Shown here: positions 10,152 through 19,024 of the stretch, one piece after another
Numbering within the stretch: position 1 is the stretch's first letter
How the letters are laid out: each line of letters opens with the position of its first letter
From: Bacteroidota bacterium
Lineage (GTDB): Bacteria > Bacteroidota > Bacteroidia > AKYH767-A > OLB10
Direction: 5' to 3'
NCBI GenBank assembly: GCA_046052065.1
Contig: JBJOND010000004.1
Span: 5,007-69,006 of the forward strand
DNA: 64,000 nt
The notes under the pieces: generated by a model
The model's input: the letters and a program-made list of their open reading frames with translations, nothing else
Databases searched by the model: none
Told to the model about the DNA's origin: nothing
Made by a program: the position numbers and the translations under genes

Positions 10152-10880
10152 TTATTGCACTCCTTCCAATTGTTGTTTTGAACGAAGTTGCTTATACTCT
10201 TCTCTGCAATTCTTACAATAGAACCAATCGCTTGTAAAAGTCGTTGCTTCTTCGCATCCGCAGCTATCGCACTTACGCATAGATTCAGTACGTTGGTAGT
10301 GAAGTTTATTGATATGGTCATCGAGGTGGATAGGCGCATAATCAAAAAGATTATTTTCTTCTAACAAACGTGGATGAACAGGATAAAATCCATTGTTACC
10401 TTTAACATTTACCAAGACCACACGCTTACCCATTGCACGAAGCTGCTTAATAAGTGGTTGATAATCGATATCACCAGCGAGAATACATGCTACATCAAAT
10501 GATGAATTTTGATAAGCTATTGACAATGCAGTGGTGGCAAGGCCAACCTCTAGGCAATTTTCCCTTCTTGCTGCTACTTCTTTATTTTTAAAATCGTACT
10601 CGTAAATTTCCGTATTGTAATTACATCGCTTTGCAAGCATTTCATAAAACTGACGCTCGCGCAAATTATCATGACCAGGTTTATTAATCGCAATTGTTCC
10701 GAAGTAATAGGTGCGAACCATATCAACTTGCATATCAGCAGCGAGTCCTAGTTGTTCTTTCACAAGCTTTGGAAGTGCGCGATAATCTAATTCGAAATCA
10801 GTGCCTTCGCACAAGCTCAAAAGATAAGGACGCACATGGTACAACCAACCACCATCAATAAATAACATTGCTTTCATCAT
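10152..10880 (-). CDS. NYN/LabA-like domain protein with C-terminal Cys4 zinc ribbon
   Basis: 242 aa. It has a PIN-like NYN N-terminus (MLFIDGGWLY) and a later acidic cluster (ILAGDIDYQPLI). The C-terminus is CDSCGC...FYCKNC. Confidence 0.7.
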   Translation of the reverse strand: MMKAMLFIDGGWLYHVRPYLLSLCEGTDFELDYRALPKLVKEQLGLAADMQVDMVRTYYFGTIAINKPGHDNLRERQFYEMLAKRCNYNTEIYEYDFKNKEVAARRENCLEVGLATTALSIAYQNSSFDVACILAGDIDYQPLIKQLRAMGKRVVLVNVKGNNGFYPVHPRLLEENNLFDYAPIHLDDHINKLHYQRTESMRKCDSCGCEEATTFTSDWFYCKNCREEYKQLRSKQQLEGVQ

Positions 10881-10953
10881 AAGTGTAAAAATAGAAACAG
10901 ATTAAATAATTAATTTGAAAATAAACTATTAAAGTTCAACAGGTTTTTAAACA

Positions 10954-11769
10954 TTAAACCGCAACCTGAAAATCTCTCAATGCATCATTCAAAGAAGTTT
11001 TCTGATCAGTGCTTTCTTTGCGTTTGCCAATAATCAGTGCACATGGCACTTGATATTCGCCAGCAGGAAATTGTTTTGTATATGAACCAGGGATAACCAC
11101 TGAACGAGAAGGAACAACACCTTTGTATTCGATTGGTGATGCACCTGTGACATCAATAATTTTTGTTGACATTGTAAGCACAACATTGGCCCCAAGTACA
11201 GCTTCCTTCTCTACACGCACCCCTTCAACAACTATCGATCGTGATCCAAGGAAACATCCATCTTCAATAATTACCGGCGCTGCCTGAACAGGCTCTAACA
11301 CTCCGCCTATACCCACACCACCACTAAGGTGAACATTCTTTCCTATCTGCGCACACGAACCAACGGTCGCCCACGTGTCGACCATCGTACCTGCATCCAC
11401 ATAAGCACCAATGTTCACGTAAGAAGGCATCATGATTACACCTGGCGATAAATAACTTCCATAACGGGCAATAGCATGAGGCACAACTCGTACTCCAAGA
11501 GCTGCATAATTATTTTTAAGAGGAATTTTATCGTGAAATTCAAAAGGCCCTACTTCCATTGTTTCCATCTTCATGATTGGGAAATACATGATAACGGCTT
11601 TCTTAATCCAATCGTTTACCTGCCATCCATCCTGAAAAGGTTCTGCCACGCGTATTTTTCCATCGTTCAAAAGGGCAATCACACTTTTAACTGCATCTTG
11701 TGTATCTTGTTGCTGAAGCAGTTCACGGTTATCCCATGTATTCTCAATTATAGCTTGTAATTCTTTCAT
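10954..11769 (-). CDS. dapD: 2,3,4,5-tetrahydropyridine-2,6-dicarboxylate N-succinyltransferase
   Basis: 271 aa. It has left-handed beta-helix hexapeptide repeats (GAYVDAGTMVDTWATVGSCAQIGKNVHLSGGVGIGGVLEP). The N-terminal helical domain is typical of short DapD. Confidence 0.85.
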   Translation of the reverse strand: MKELQAIIENTWDNRELLQQQDTQDAVKSVIALLNDGKIRVAEPFQDGWQVNDWIKKAVIMYFPIMKMETMEVGPFEFHDKIPLKNNYAALGVRVVPHAIARYGSYLSPGVIMMPSYVNIGAYVDAGTMVDTWATVGSCAQIGKNVHLSGGVGIGGVLEPVQAAPVIIEDGCFLGSRSIVVEGVRVEKEAVLGANVVLTMSTKIIDVTGASPIEYKGVVPSRSVVIPGSYTKQFPAGEYQVPCALIIGKRKESTDQKTSLNDALRDFQVAV

Positions 11770-11820
11770 TTCTCTTGATTAGTAAAGTGGCGCAAAGTTA
11801 TAAATAAGAACAGAACTTAT

Positions 11821-11828
11821 TACCTTTG
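11821..11828 (+). promoter_or_regulatory. Candidate Bacteroidota -7 promoter box (TACCTTTG) upstream of ruvX
   Basis: Exact match to the TAnnTTTG consensus, only 4 nt before the ruvX ATG at 11833. No convincing -33 TTTG was seen. If it is real, the mRNA would be near-leaderless. Confidence 0.3.
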
Positions 11829-11832
11829 CAAC

Positions 11833-12246
11833 ATGGGAAGAATTATGGCCATTGATTATGGAACCAAAAGAACAGGATTGGCTGTAACAGACCCCCTCAA
11901 AATTGTAGCAGGTCCGTTGGATACGATTGCGACTCATTTGCTAGTAGACTTTCTAAAAGGCTATTTGGCAAAGGAAGAAGTAGAAAGTATTGTAATTGGC
12001 GATCCTCGTCGATTGAACGGAGAAATGTCGGAGACTACCCACCTGACCAACCAGTTTGTAAACAAATTAAAAAAAGAAATTCCTACCATTAAAATAGTAC
12101 GAATGGATGAACGCTTTACTTCTAAAATAGCAGAGAAAAGTGTTTTAACAATGGGACTACCTAAAATGAAACGACAAGATAAGTCGTTGATTGACAAAGT
12201 AAGTGCTACGATTATTTTACAGGATTATTTAAATACAATAGCTTAA
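11833..12246 (+). CDS. ruvX: Holliday junction resolvase-like protein RuvX/YqgF
   Basis: 137 aa with the N-terminal motif IMAIDYGTKRTGLAVTDP. Length is typical of YqgF. Confidence 0.85.
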   Translation: MGRIMAIDYGTKRTGLAVTDPLKIVAGPLDTIATHLLVDFLKGYLAKEEVESIVIGDPRRLNGEMSETTHLTNQFVNKLKKEIPTIKIVRMDERFTSKIAEKSVLTMGLPKMKRQDKSLIDKVSATIILQDYLNTIA

Positions 12247-12257
12247 TTACCCCATTT

Positions 12258-12815
12258 ATGATTTACCCTATCGTTGCCTACGGAGACCCGATTTTAAGAA
12301 AAGTGGCAGAGCCTATTTCAGCCGATTATCCAAAGCTTACCGAGATTATTCAAAATATGTTTGATACTATGCATCGCAGTAATGGTATTGGACTGGCAGC
12401 ACCTCAAATAGGACTTTCAATTCGCCTTTTTGTAGTGGATGCAACACCTTATGAAAATGATGAGCGTGAATTAGACGGATTTAGAAAAGTTTTTATTAAT
12501 GCTCAGATACTAGAAGAAGAAGGTAAAAAATGGAAGTGTTCTGAAGGTTGCTTGAGCATTCCTGGTATACGTGAAGATGTAGACAGAAATCCGAATATAA
12601 CGGTAAGGTATATGGATGAAAACTTTGTAGAGCATACTGAATCGTATACAGGTATGCGTGCAAGAATTATCCAGCATGAATATGATCATATTGAAGGTAT
12701 TCTGATGACAGACCATCTGACACCGATTAAAAAGCAATTATTGAAAGGCCGTTTGAATGATATTATGAAAGGCCGTATAGACGCTGATTACAAAATGCGT
12801 TTTTATAAGAAATAA
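12258..12815 (+). CDS. def: Peptide deformylase
   Basis: All three canonical motifs are present: GIGLAAPQIG, EGCLSIPG and HEYDHIEG. Confidence 0.95.
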   Translation: MIYPIVAYGDPILRKVAEPISADYPKLTEIIQNMFDTMHRSNGIGLAAPQIGLSIRLFVVDATPYENDERELDGFRKVFINAQILEEEGKKWKCSEGCLSIPGIREDVDRNPNITVRYMDENFVEHTESYTGMRARIIQHEYDHIEGILMTDHLTPIKKQLLKGRLNDIMKGRIDADYKMRFYKK

Positions 12816-12820
12816 GCAGC

Positions 12821-13336
12821 ATGCAATCGTCGGTTATTTACTTAATTGGATTTTCAACCTCTGGAAAATCAACGCTTGGAAAAATAATCGCAGAAAAACT
12901 AAACTATCAATTCATAGACTTAGATGAAGCCATAACTCAACAGCAAGGAAAGTCGATTAATGCGTTGTTTGATGAGTTTGGTGAAGAAGGATTTCGAAAA
13001 ACCGAAAGACAGTTATTGGTTAATACAATTTTTCTAACAGAAACAGTTATTGCATGCGGTGGTGGAACTCCTTGTTATTCTGATAATATGGATTTCTTAC
13101 TTAGAAATGGGATAACAATTTATCTTGAGGTGGATGAATCAGTCCTTCTTGAACGCATGTTAAATAATACAGCTGAAAGACCTTTATTCAAAGGGAAATC
13201 AAAAGAGGAAATATCATCGCATATTAATGAGCTTCTTACCGCGCGAAAAGTATTTTATGAAAGAGCCAATTACACGGTAAATAATAATAGCAATGAAGAA
13301 TTAGCTATTATTAGTATTTTAAAAATTCTTGAGTAA
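12821..13336 (+). CDS. aroK: Shikimate kinase
   Basis: 171 aa. Walker A GFSTSGKSTLGK, followed by FIDLDEAI and FRKTERQ. Confidence 0.85.
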   Translation: MQSSVIYLIGFSTSGKSTLGKIIAEKLNYQFIDLDEAITQQQGKSINALFDEFGEEGFRKTERQLLVNTIFLTETVIACGGGTPCYSDNMDFLLRNGITIYLEVDESVLLERMLNNTAERPLFKGKSKEEISSHINELLTARKVFYERANYTVNNNSNEELAIISILKILE

Positions 13337-14047
13337 TTACCAGTCCTTTTCAGGATTACCCCCTGCCGCATCAAACTTCTTAGGATTTTTCTTTTGAAGC
13401 TTTTGTTCCTGATTCTTTAAAGCCTGCAACATGCGTTCAGCTTCTTCTTTAGAAATTTTCGGTTTCGATGCCTGTTGCTTTTGTTGTTGTTGTTGCTGTT
13501 GTTGTTGTTGTTGATCTTTTTTCTGATCCTGATTTTTATTTTGTTGTTGCTGTTGTTGCTGTTGTTGTTGCTGCTGATTTTTATTTTGCTTGTTCTTATC
13601 CTGCTGATTATTCTTTTGCTGCTGAGCTTTTAATTTAGTCAATGCATAAGCAAGGTTATAACGCGCATCTTCATCTTTAGGATTTTGACGTAAAGCCATT
13701 TTATAAGCATCGACACTCTCCTGATATTTTTCTTGCTTTAAATACGTATTACCTAGGTTGTAATAGGCTTTTGATTGCTCAACCGCATCTTTAGTAGTAC
13801 CTGCAGATTGCATGTACTGCTTGCCTGCTTCTTCCAAATTTTCTTGCTTATAATAAGCATTCCCTAAATTGTAATTACCAGCAAAACTTTTAGCATCCTT
13901 GGTTACTGCCGATTTATAATCAATCTCAGCATCCTTGAACTTTTTATTATTGTAGGCATCATTCCCTCTGCGTATAGTAGAATTTGCATTTTGCGAATTC
14001 GCCAACAAATGCATCGAAACGAAAATCAAACTTAAAATTATTCTCAT
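13337..14047 (-). CDS. batC: TPR-repeat protein, BatC-like, with long poly-Gln/Lys/Asn linker
   Basis: Signal peptide, then TPR units (AGNYNLGNAYYKQENLEEAGKQY; AYYNLGNTYLKQEKYQESVDAYKMALRQNPKDEDARYNLAYAL). It is the last gene of the moxR-VWA operon and has a 4-nt start/stop overlap with batB. Confidence 0.7.
   Translation of the reverse strand: MRIILSLIFVSMHLLANSQNANSTIRRGNDAYNNKKFKDAEIDYKSAVTKDAKSFAGNYNLGNAYYKQENLEEAGKQYMQSAGTTKDAVEQSKAYYNLGNTYLKQEKYQESVDAYKMALRQNPKDEDARYNLAYALTKLKAQQQKNNQQDKNKQNKNQQQQQQQQQQQQNKNQDQKKDQQQQQQQQQQQKQQASKPKISKEEAERMLQALKNQEQKLQKKNPKKFDAAGGNPEKDW
13474..13576 (-). repeat. In-frame CAA/CAG trinucleotide tracts encoding Q12 and Q11 runs in BatC-like protein
   Basis: The plus strand reads (TTG/CTG)n at about 13474-13513 and 13541-13576. 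The translated region is NQQQQQQQQQQQQNKNQDQKKDQQQQQQQQQQQKQQ. Confidence 0.9.
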
Positions 14048-15093
14048 ACGTCCTGATTTTTATTTTCACCAAATAAATTCCATCGTGCAACCACTTTGCT
14101 TTTGTTCTCACCGATTATAAAATCAATAATAAATAATAACAAAGCAATAGCAAGGAAAAACTGAAATTGGTTTTCAAAACTTGTATACATTTTTGCTTTG
14201 AATTCTTTTTTATCCAAAGCACTTAATTCTTTTAACACAATCGACAATCCATCGTCGCTATTGGTAGCATGAATAAACTTACCCTTACCTGCTTCAGCAA
14301 TATCTTCGAGCATCACACTGTTTAATTTGGTCATGATAGTTTGTCCTGAGCGATCTTGACGATATCCCACCTTAGCCCCATTACTATAAACTGGAATTGG
14401 CGTACCTTGCTCCGACCCCATTCCAATGGTAAATACTTTTATTCCTTGTTCACTCGCTGTTTTAGCTGCATCAATTGCATCATCTTCGTGATTTTCTCCA
14501 TCGGTAATAATAACTATGGCGCTGTTCTTTTTGATTGTATCGGTGAAGGATGTTGATGCAAGGTCAATTGCTGCACCAATCGCTGTACCTTGTTTAGGAA
14601 CGATATCAGTAGTGATTTGTGATAAAAACAATTTGGCTGCTGCATAATCTGTTGTAATTGGCAACTGCGTATAAGCATCGCCGGCAAATACAATTACTCC
14701 TATACGATCTCCTTCTAATTTATCTACCAAACGACTAATGGCTTGCTTAGCACGCTCTAAACGATTAGGCATTAAGTCTTCAGCAAGCATACTATTTGAA
14801 ACATCCAAACAAATAATAATATCAGACCCTTTACGCTTTACTTCTTCGAGTTTGGAACCAATTAAGGGTCCGCATAAACCAATTATCAAACAAATAAACG
14901 CTATCCATCTAATCCAGAATTTCAATGTTGGTCGTGTTTGGCTAACCTCTGGAAATAGTTGATTGATGATTTCCATTTTACCAAAACACAGCAACGCTTT
15001 TTTCTTCCAGCGAATGAATAGCCAAAACAACACTACTAACAGCAGTGCCGTAACGAAAAGGTAAATCATCTCAGGGTTTTGAAATCGAAACAT
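14044..15093 (-). CDS. batB: Membrane-anchored von Willebrand factor A domain protein, BatB-like
   Basis: 349 aa with N- and C-terminal TM helices. VWA MIDAS motif ICLDVSNSM; ITDGENHEDD follows. Confidence 0.75.
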   Translation of the reverse strand: MFRFQNPEMIYLFVTALLLVVLFWLFIRWKKKALLCFGKMEIINQLFPEVSQTRPTLKFWIRWIAFICLIIGLCGPLIGSKLEEVKRKGSDIIICLDVSNSMLAEDLMPNRLERAKQAISRLVDKLEGDRIGVIVFAGDAYTQLPITTDYAAAKLFLSQITTDIVPKQGTAIGAAIDLASTSFTDTIKKNSAIVIITDGENHEDDAIDAAKTASEQGIKVFTIGMGSEQGTPIPVYSNGAKVGYRQDRSGQTIMTKLNSVMLEDIAEAGKGKFIHATNSDDGLSIVLKELSALDKKEFKAKMYTSFENQFQFFLAIALLLFIIDFIIGENKSKVVARWNLFGENKNQDV

Positions 15094-15095
15094 GG

Positions 15096-16103
15096 CTATG
15101 GCAAACTTTTCAAGATGGTATAACGAAGCATCAATTCACAGAAGATTAAAGCAAATGCAATTAAGGCAAATGGCAAATATTCTTCGGTATAACGATTAAA
15201 CTCTGTAACTTCTATTTTTGATTTTTCAAGACGATCTATTTCACGAAAAACATTTTCGAGTGCTTTATTACCTGTCGCTCTGAAATATTTCCCGTCAGTA
15301 TTCTGCGCTACCTGACTTAATAAGGCTTCATCAATTTGCACTTCCATGTTTTGATACTGAATACCAAATGGCGTTTTAAATGGATAAGGTGCCATACCTT
15401 TTGTCCCAACACCAATTGAATACACTCGCACATCAAACGCTTTAGCAATTTCACCTGCTGTTGATGGAGGAATAGCTCCTGAATTATTTACACCATCTGT
15501 AATTAGTACAACGACTTTGCTTTTTGTCTTAGCATCCTTCACACGACTAATAGCAGTAGACAACCCTTCTCCTATTGCTGTTCCATCAATGAGCATTCCA
15601 GGTTGAACATCTTTTAATACATTACGAAGAACAGAATGATCAGAAGTAATTGGACATTGCGTAAAGCTTTCTCCAGAAAAAATTACTAATCCAATTAAAT
15701 CATTTGGGCGTCCATCGATAAATTGCTGCGCTACTTTTTTTGCTGATTCAATACGATTAGGTTTAAAATCTTCAGCTAACATACTCGCAGAAATATCCAA
15801 TGCAATTACAATTGAAATCCCTTCGGTAGTAACGTTTGAAGAGCTTGAAGTTGATTGCGGGCGAGCCAAAGCAATTATTAAAAACACAACTGCCAATAGT
15901 CTACAAAACAAAGGCACATTAATAATTCTACTTTTCCAGGAAGGAGGAATTCTAGAGAATGAATCCGTACTACTGATTTGAATAGTTGGTGCTTTAAAAC
16001 GTTTAAATTTCCAAAAGTAAAATGCCAAAATTGGAACTATCAATAAAAACCAGAACCATTCAGGATTTTTAAACTGATAGAAATGCTCTTGAAACCAGGT
16101 CAT
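15096..16103 (-). CDS. batA: Membrane-anchored von Willebrand factor A domain protein, BatA-like
   Basis: 335 aa with TM helices at both ends. MIDAS motif IALDISASM; LITDGVNNSG follows. Confidence 0.75.
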   Translation of the reverse strand: MTWFQEHFYQFKNPEWFWFLLIVPILAFYFWKFKRFKAPTIQISSTDSFSRIPPSWKSRIINVPLFCRLLAVVFLIIALARPQSTSSSSNVTTEGISIVIALDISASMLAEDFKPNRIESAKKVAQQFIDGRPNDLIGLVIFSGESFTQCPITSDHSVLRNVLKDVQPGMLIDGTAIGEGLSTAISRVKDAKTKSKVVVLITDGVNNSGAIPPSTAGEIAKAFDVRVYSIGVGTKGMAPYPFKTPFGIQYQNMEVQIDEALLSQVAQNTDGKYFRATGNKALENVFREIDRLEKSKIEVTEFNRYTEEYLPFALIAFALIFCELMLRYTILKSLP

Positions 16104-17065
16104 GCCTCCCCTCCTTTTTGATTAAGCATTTCTTTTTCAGTTGCAGGAGTTGTCGCCTCAACAAACTGAATTGCGTTAGCAAAACTTAATTCATGTTCGG
16201 AAACATGCGGAATGGCTTTAGCGAATTTTACTAAATCGGCTAGACGTAATAGGTAAACAAGCTTTTCATTTTCTGCTGCATCTATTTGTTTGATAAATGC
16301 ATGTTCTAAAATTTCATCAGAGGTAAATTCCAAGGCAGGAATCAACCAGCGGTTTTGAATATAGGCACGAACAATTTCTGTTAACTCAGAATAATATTTC
16401 TTTACATCACCCTGCTGCCATATTTCTTCTTTCTTTAATCGCTCGAAACTAATTATGGCAATTTCATAAGCTGATTGCCTTGGCACCTCAATAACTTTAG
16501 CCGCATCATCGCGTTGCTTTGCTTTCTTTAGATAACGTATCACTAACCAAACAATCACAGCTAATACTAATACGCCTAATGCTATCAATCCAATTAACAT
16601 CCAATCATAAGGTACATCTTGAATTGGATGAATATCTTTAATCGCCTTAGTAGTATCAACTAGCATTAAAAAAACTTTCAACGATAACGGATCAGTATAC
16701 ACTTTTGCATTTGTATTTCTGACTTTATAGTCGATTGTAAAACCAGGAATAACAAAGAACCCTGTATCAAAAGCCATCATCGTTACTTTCTGCGTTCGCA
16801 TTAGCATCGTATTATCTTCAACAGGAATAGTATCCAGTCCTTCATTCTTAACCACTTCTAACAACCCGATGCTATCTGAAATATAAGGCCAGTCAATTTT
16901 TACATCTTTAGGTTGAGTGATTGAAAGTTCAAGTGTAAAAGGCTGACCCACTACAACAATATTCGTATCCAATTTTGCAGTAGCAACTACACCTTGCGCA
17001 TAGGTCCCATAACAGCAGAACATCATGCAAACAATCAAGAAGAACTTTTTTATATGGTGCTTCAT
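16100..17065 (-). CDS. Single-pass membrane protein of the Bat operon (BatD-N-terminal-like ectodomain + TM + cytoplasmic helical tail)
   Basis: 321 aa. It has a signal peptide, a beta-rich region (AKLDTNIVVVGQPFTLELSITQP), one TM helix (LIGLIALGVLVLAVIVWLVI) and a basic stop-transfer segment. It has ATGA-type 4-nt overlaps with both neighbouring genes. The domain naming is by recall only. Confidence 0.55.
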   Translation of the reverse strand: MKHHIKKFFLIVCMMFCCYGTYAQGVVATAKLDTNIVVVGQPFTLELSITQPKDVKIDWPYISDSIGLLEVVKNEGLDTIPVEDNTMLMRTQKVTMMAFDTGFFVIPGFTIDYKVRNTNAKVYTDPLSLKVFLMLVDTTKAIKDIHPIQDVPYDWMLIGLIALGVLVLAVIVWLVIRYLKKAKQRDDAAKVIEVPRQSAYEIAIISFERLKKEEIWQQGDVKKYYSELTEIVRAYIQNRWLIPALEFTSDEILEHAFIKQIDAAENEKLVYLLRLADLVKFAKAIPHVSEHELSFANAIQFVEATTPATEKEMLNQKGGEA

Positions 17066-17925
17066 CGCTGCTTAAATAAATTCATTAATGGTTTTACATA
17101 CGATTGATCGGTACGAATAGCCACATTGTCAACACCTGACTTATTTAATAACTCACTGGTTAATCGTGCAGATTGCTGAAAGTACAAACGATAATTATTT
17201 CTAACGTTTGCATCTGAAGTATCCATCACCGAAACAAAACCGGTTTCTGCATCTTTAAATCGCACCAAACCAACATCGGGCATTTCTTCCTCTCGCGGAT
17301 CAACAATACGAAGTGCTGCAAGGTCGTGCTTTTTAGAAGATACTTTAATTGCATCATCAAATCCTGAATCCATAAAATCCGAAATCACAAAAGCAATACA
17401 ACGCTTTTTAATCATGTTATTAAGATACTTTAGTGCAAGACTAATATCTGTTCCTTTTGATGCAGGTTTGAAGTTAATCAGCTCGCGAATAATTCTTAAA
17501 ATATGTGACTTGCCTTTTTTGGGAGGAATGTATAATTCAATTTTATCAGAGAAGAATATAACTCCTGCCTTATCATTATTCTGAATTGCAGAGAATGCAA
17601 TTGTTGCCGTTAACTCCGTTATCAATTCACGCTTGAGCATGGCAGTACTACCAAACATTCCTGATTCACTCACATCCACTAATAACATTACAGTAAGCTC
17701 ACGTTCTTCTTCAAACACTTTTACATAGGGATTTCCGAAGCGAGCTGTTACATTCCAATCAATGTTTCGCACATCATCACCTTCAACATATTCGCGCACT
17801 TCGCTAAACGCCATACCACGACCTTTAAACGCAGAGTGATATTCTCCAGAAAAAATCTGAGAGGACAACCCTTTGGTTTTAATTTCGATTTTACGAACGC
17901 GTTTTAAAAGCTCAGCTGAATCCAT
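17062..17925 (-). CDS. DUF58 domain protein (MoxR-associated, VWA-like fold)
   Basis: 287 aa. DVRNIDWNVTARFGNPYVKVFEEERELTVMLLVDVSESG is the typical DUF58 core. The gene lies directly downstream of moxR. Confidence 0.8.
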   Translation of the reverse strand: MDSAELLKRVRKIEIKTKGLSSQIFSGEYHSAFKGRGMAFSEVREYVEGDDVRNIDWNVTARFGNPYVKVFEEERELTVMLLVDVSESGMFGSTAMLKRELITELTATIAFSAIQNNDKAGVIFFSDKIELYIPPKKGKSHILRIIRELINFKPASKGTDISLALKYLNNMIKKRCIAFVISDFMDSGFDDAIKVSSKKHDLAALRIVDPREEEMPDVGLVRFKDAETGFVSVMDTSDANVRNNYRLYFQQSARLTSELLNKSGVDNVAIRTDQSYVKPLMNLFKQR

Positions 17926-17936
17926 TGATAAATTGA

Positions 17937-18920
17937 CTAAGGAACTTCAACAATATTTAATACTTCATTGATAACATCATCAGTAGAGATGTTTTCTGCT
18001 TCGGCTTCGTAGGTTAATCCGATACGGTGACGCATTACATCATGACAGATTGCACGAACATCTTCTGGAATCACATACCCTCTGCGCTTAATAAATGCAT
18101 ATGCCTTTGCTGCTAATGCTAAGTTTATACTTGCACGAGGAGAACCTCCGTAGCTAATCATACTTTCAAGCTTTCTCAAATTGCTTTCCTTCGGGAAACG
18201 CGTTGCGAAAACAATATCCAGAATATACTTCTCAATCTTTTCATCCATATACACATCACGAACTGCACTGCGGGCTTTCACAATTGTTTCTGCCTCAATA
18301 ATCGGATTGATTTTAGGAAACTCCTGAGCGATATTCTGACGAATGATTAATTTCTCTTCTTCTTTTGTAGGATATTTAATTACCACTTTCAACATAAAAC
18401 GATCTAACTGCGCTTCTGGCAAAGGGTAAGTTCCTTCTTGCTCAATCGGATTTTGTGTTGCCAATACTAAAAATGGTTCTGGCAATTTAAACGTTTCATC
18501 ACCAATGGTAACTTGTCGCTCTTGCATTGCCTCCAATAACGCACTTTGCACTTTAGCTGGAGCACGATTAATTTCATCGGCCAAAATAAAGTTTGCAAAC
18601 AAAGGTCCTTTACGAACCGTAAACTGCTCTTGCTTCTGATTATAAATCATGGTCCCTACTAAATCGGCCGGTAACAAATCAGGAGTAAATTGCAAACGAC
18701 TAAACTTTGCATGTATCGCAGAAGAAAGCGATTTAATAGCTAACGTTTTTGCAAGACCTGGAACCCCTTCCAATAGTAAATGTCCATTAGAAAGTAACCC
18801 AATTAAAAGGCGATCGAGCATGTATTTTTGCCCTACGATTACTTTACCTAACTCTAAATTCAACAACTCGATGAATGCACTCTCTTGTTGAATTCTTTCG
18901 TTAATCTCACGAATATCCAT
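17937..18920 (-). CDS. moxR: MoxR-family AAA+ ATPase
   Basis: 327 aa. Walker A GVPGLAKT and Walker B ILADEINRAPAKVQSALLEAMQE, with the MoxR-typical C-terminal lid. Confidence 0.9.
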   Translation of the reverse strand: MDIREINERIQQESAFIELLNLELGKVIVGQKYMLDRLLIGLLSNGHLLLEGVPGLAKTLAIKSLSSAIHAKFSRLQFTPDLLPADLVGTMIYNQKQEQFTVRKGPLFANFILADEINRAPAKVQSALLEAMQERQVTIGDETFKLPEPFLVLATQNPIEQEGTYPLPEAQLDRFMLKVVIKYPTKEEEKLIIRQNIAQEFPKINPIIEAETIVKARSAVRDVYMDEKIEKYILDIVFATRFPKESNLRKLESMISYGGSPRASINLALAAKAYAFIKRRGYVIPEDVRAICHDVMRHRIGLTYEAEAENISTDDVINEVLNIVEVP

Positions 18921-19024
18921 AAATTTCTTAGTTAAAATTTCGAATCACAATATTAACCCATTCTGCTATGAAAAATCAATAGTCAAAAACGAGTTATGCG
19001 TTAATTTGATGTTAAAAACTTAAA

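Noticed and set aside
11476-11760. Antisense ORFs of 60-96 aa inside confidently assigned genes. Examples: 11476-11760 in dapD, 41881-42171 in the thiolase, 47446-47733 in paaA, 33456-33846 in ABC-F, 7192-7473 and 7933-8202 in the GH3 fusion, and 63552-63782 in wzy.
   Set aside because: Each is fully contained in a longer ORF with clear family motifs on the other strand. Their sequences are low-complexity or Cys/Phe/Ser-rich, as is typical of antisense frames in AT-rich DNA.
13337-18920. MoxR-VWA operon as a possible NTP-dependent conflict or defence system
   Set aside because: The architecture matches the conserved Bat-type operon (membrane-anchored VWA proteins, a TPR protein and DUF58). 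It contains no effector-like domains (nuclease, protease, TIR or pore-former) and no hypervariable components.
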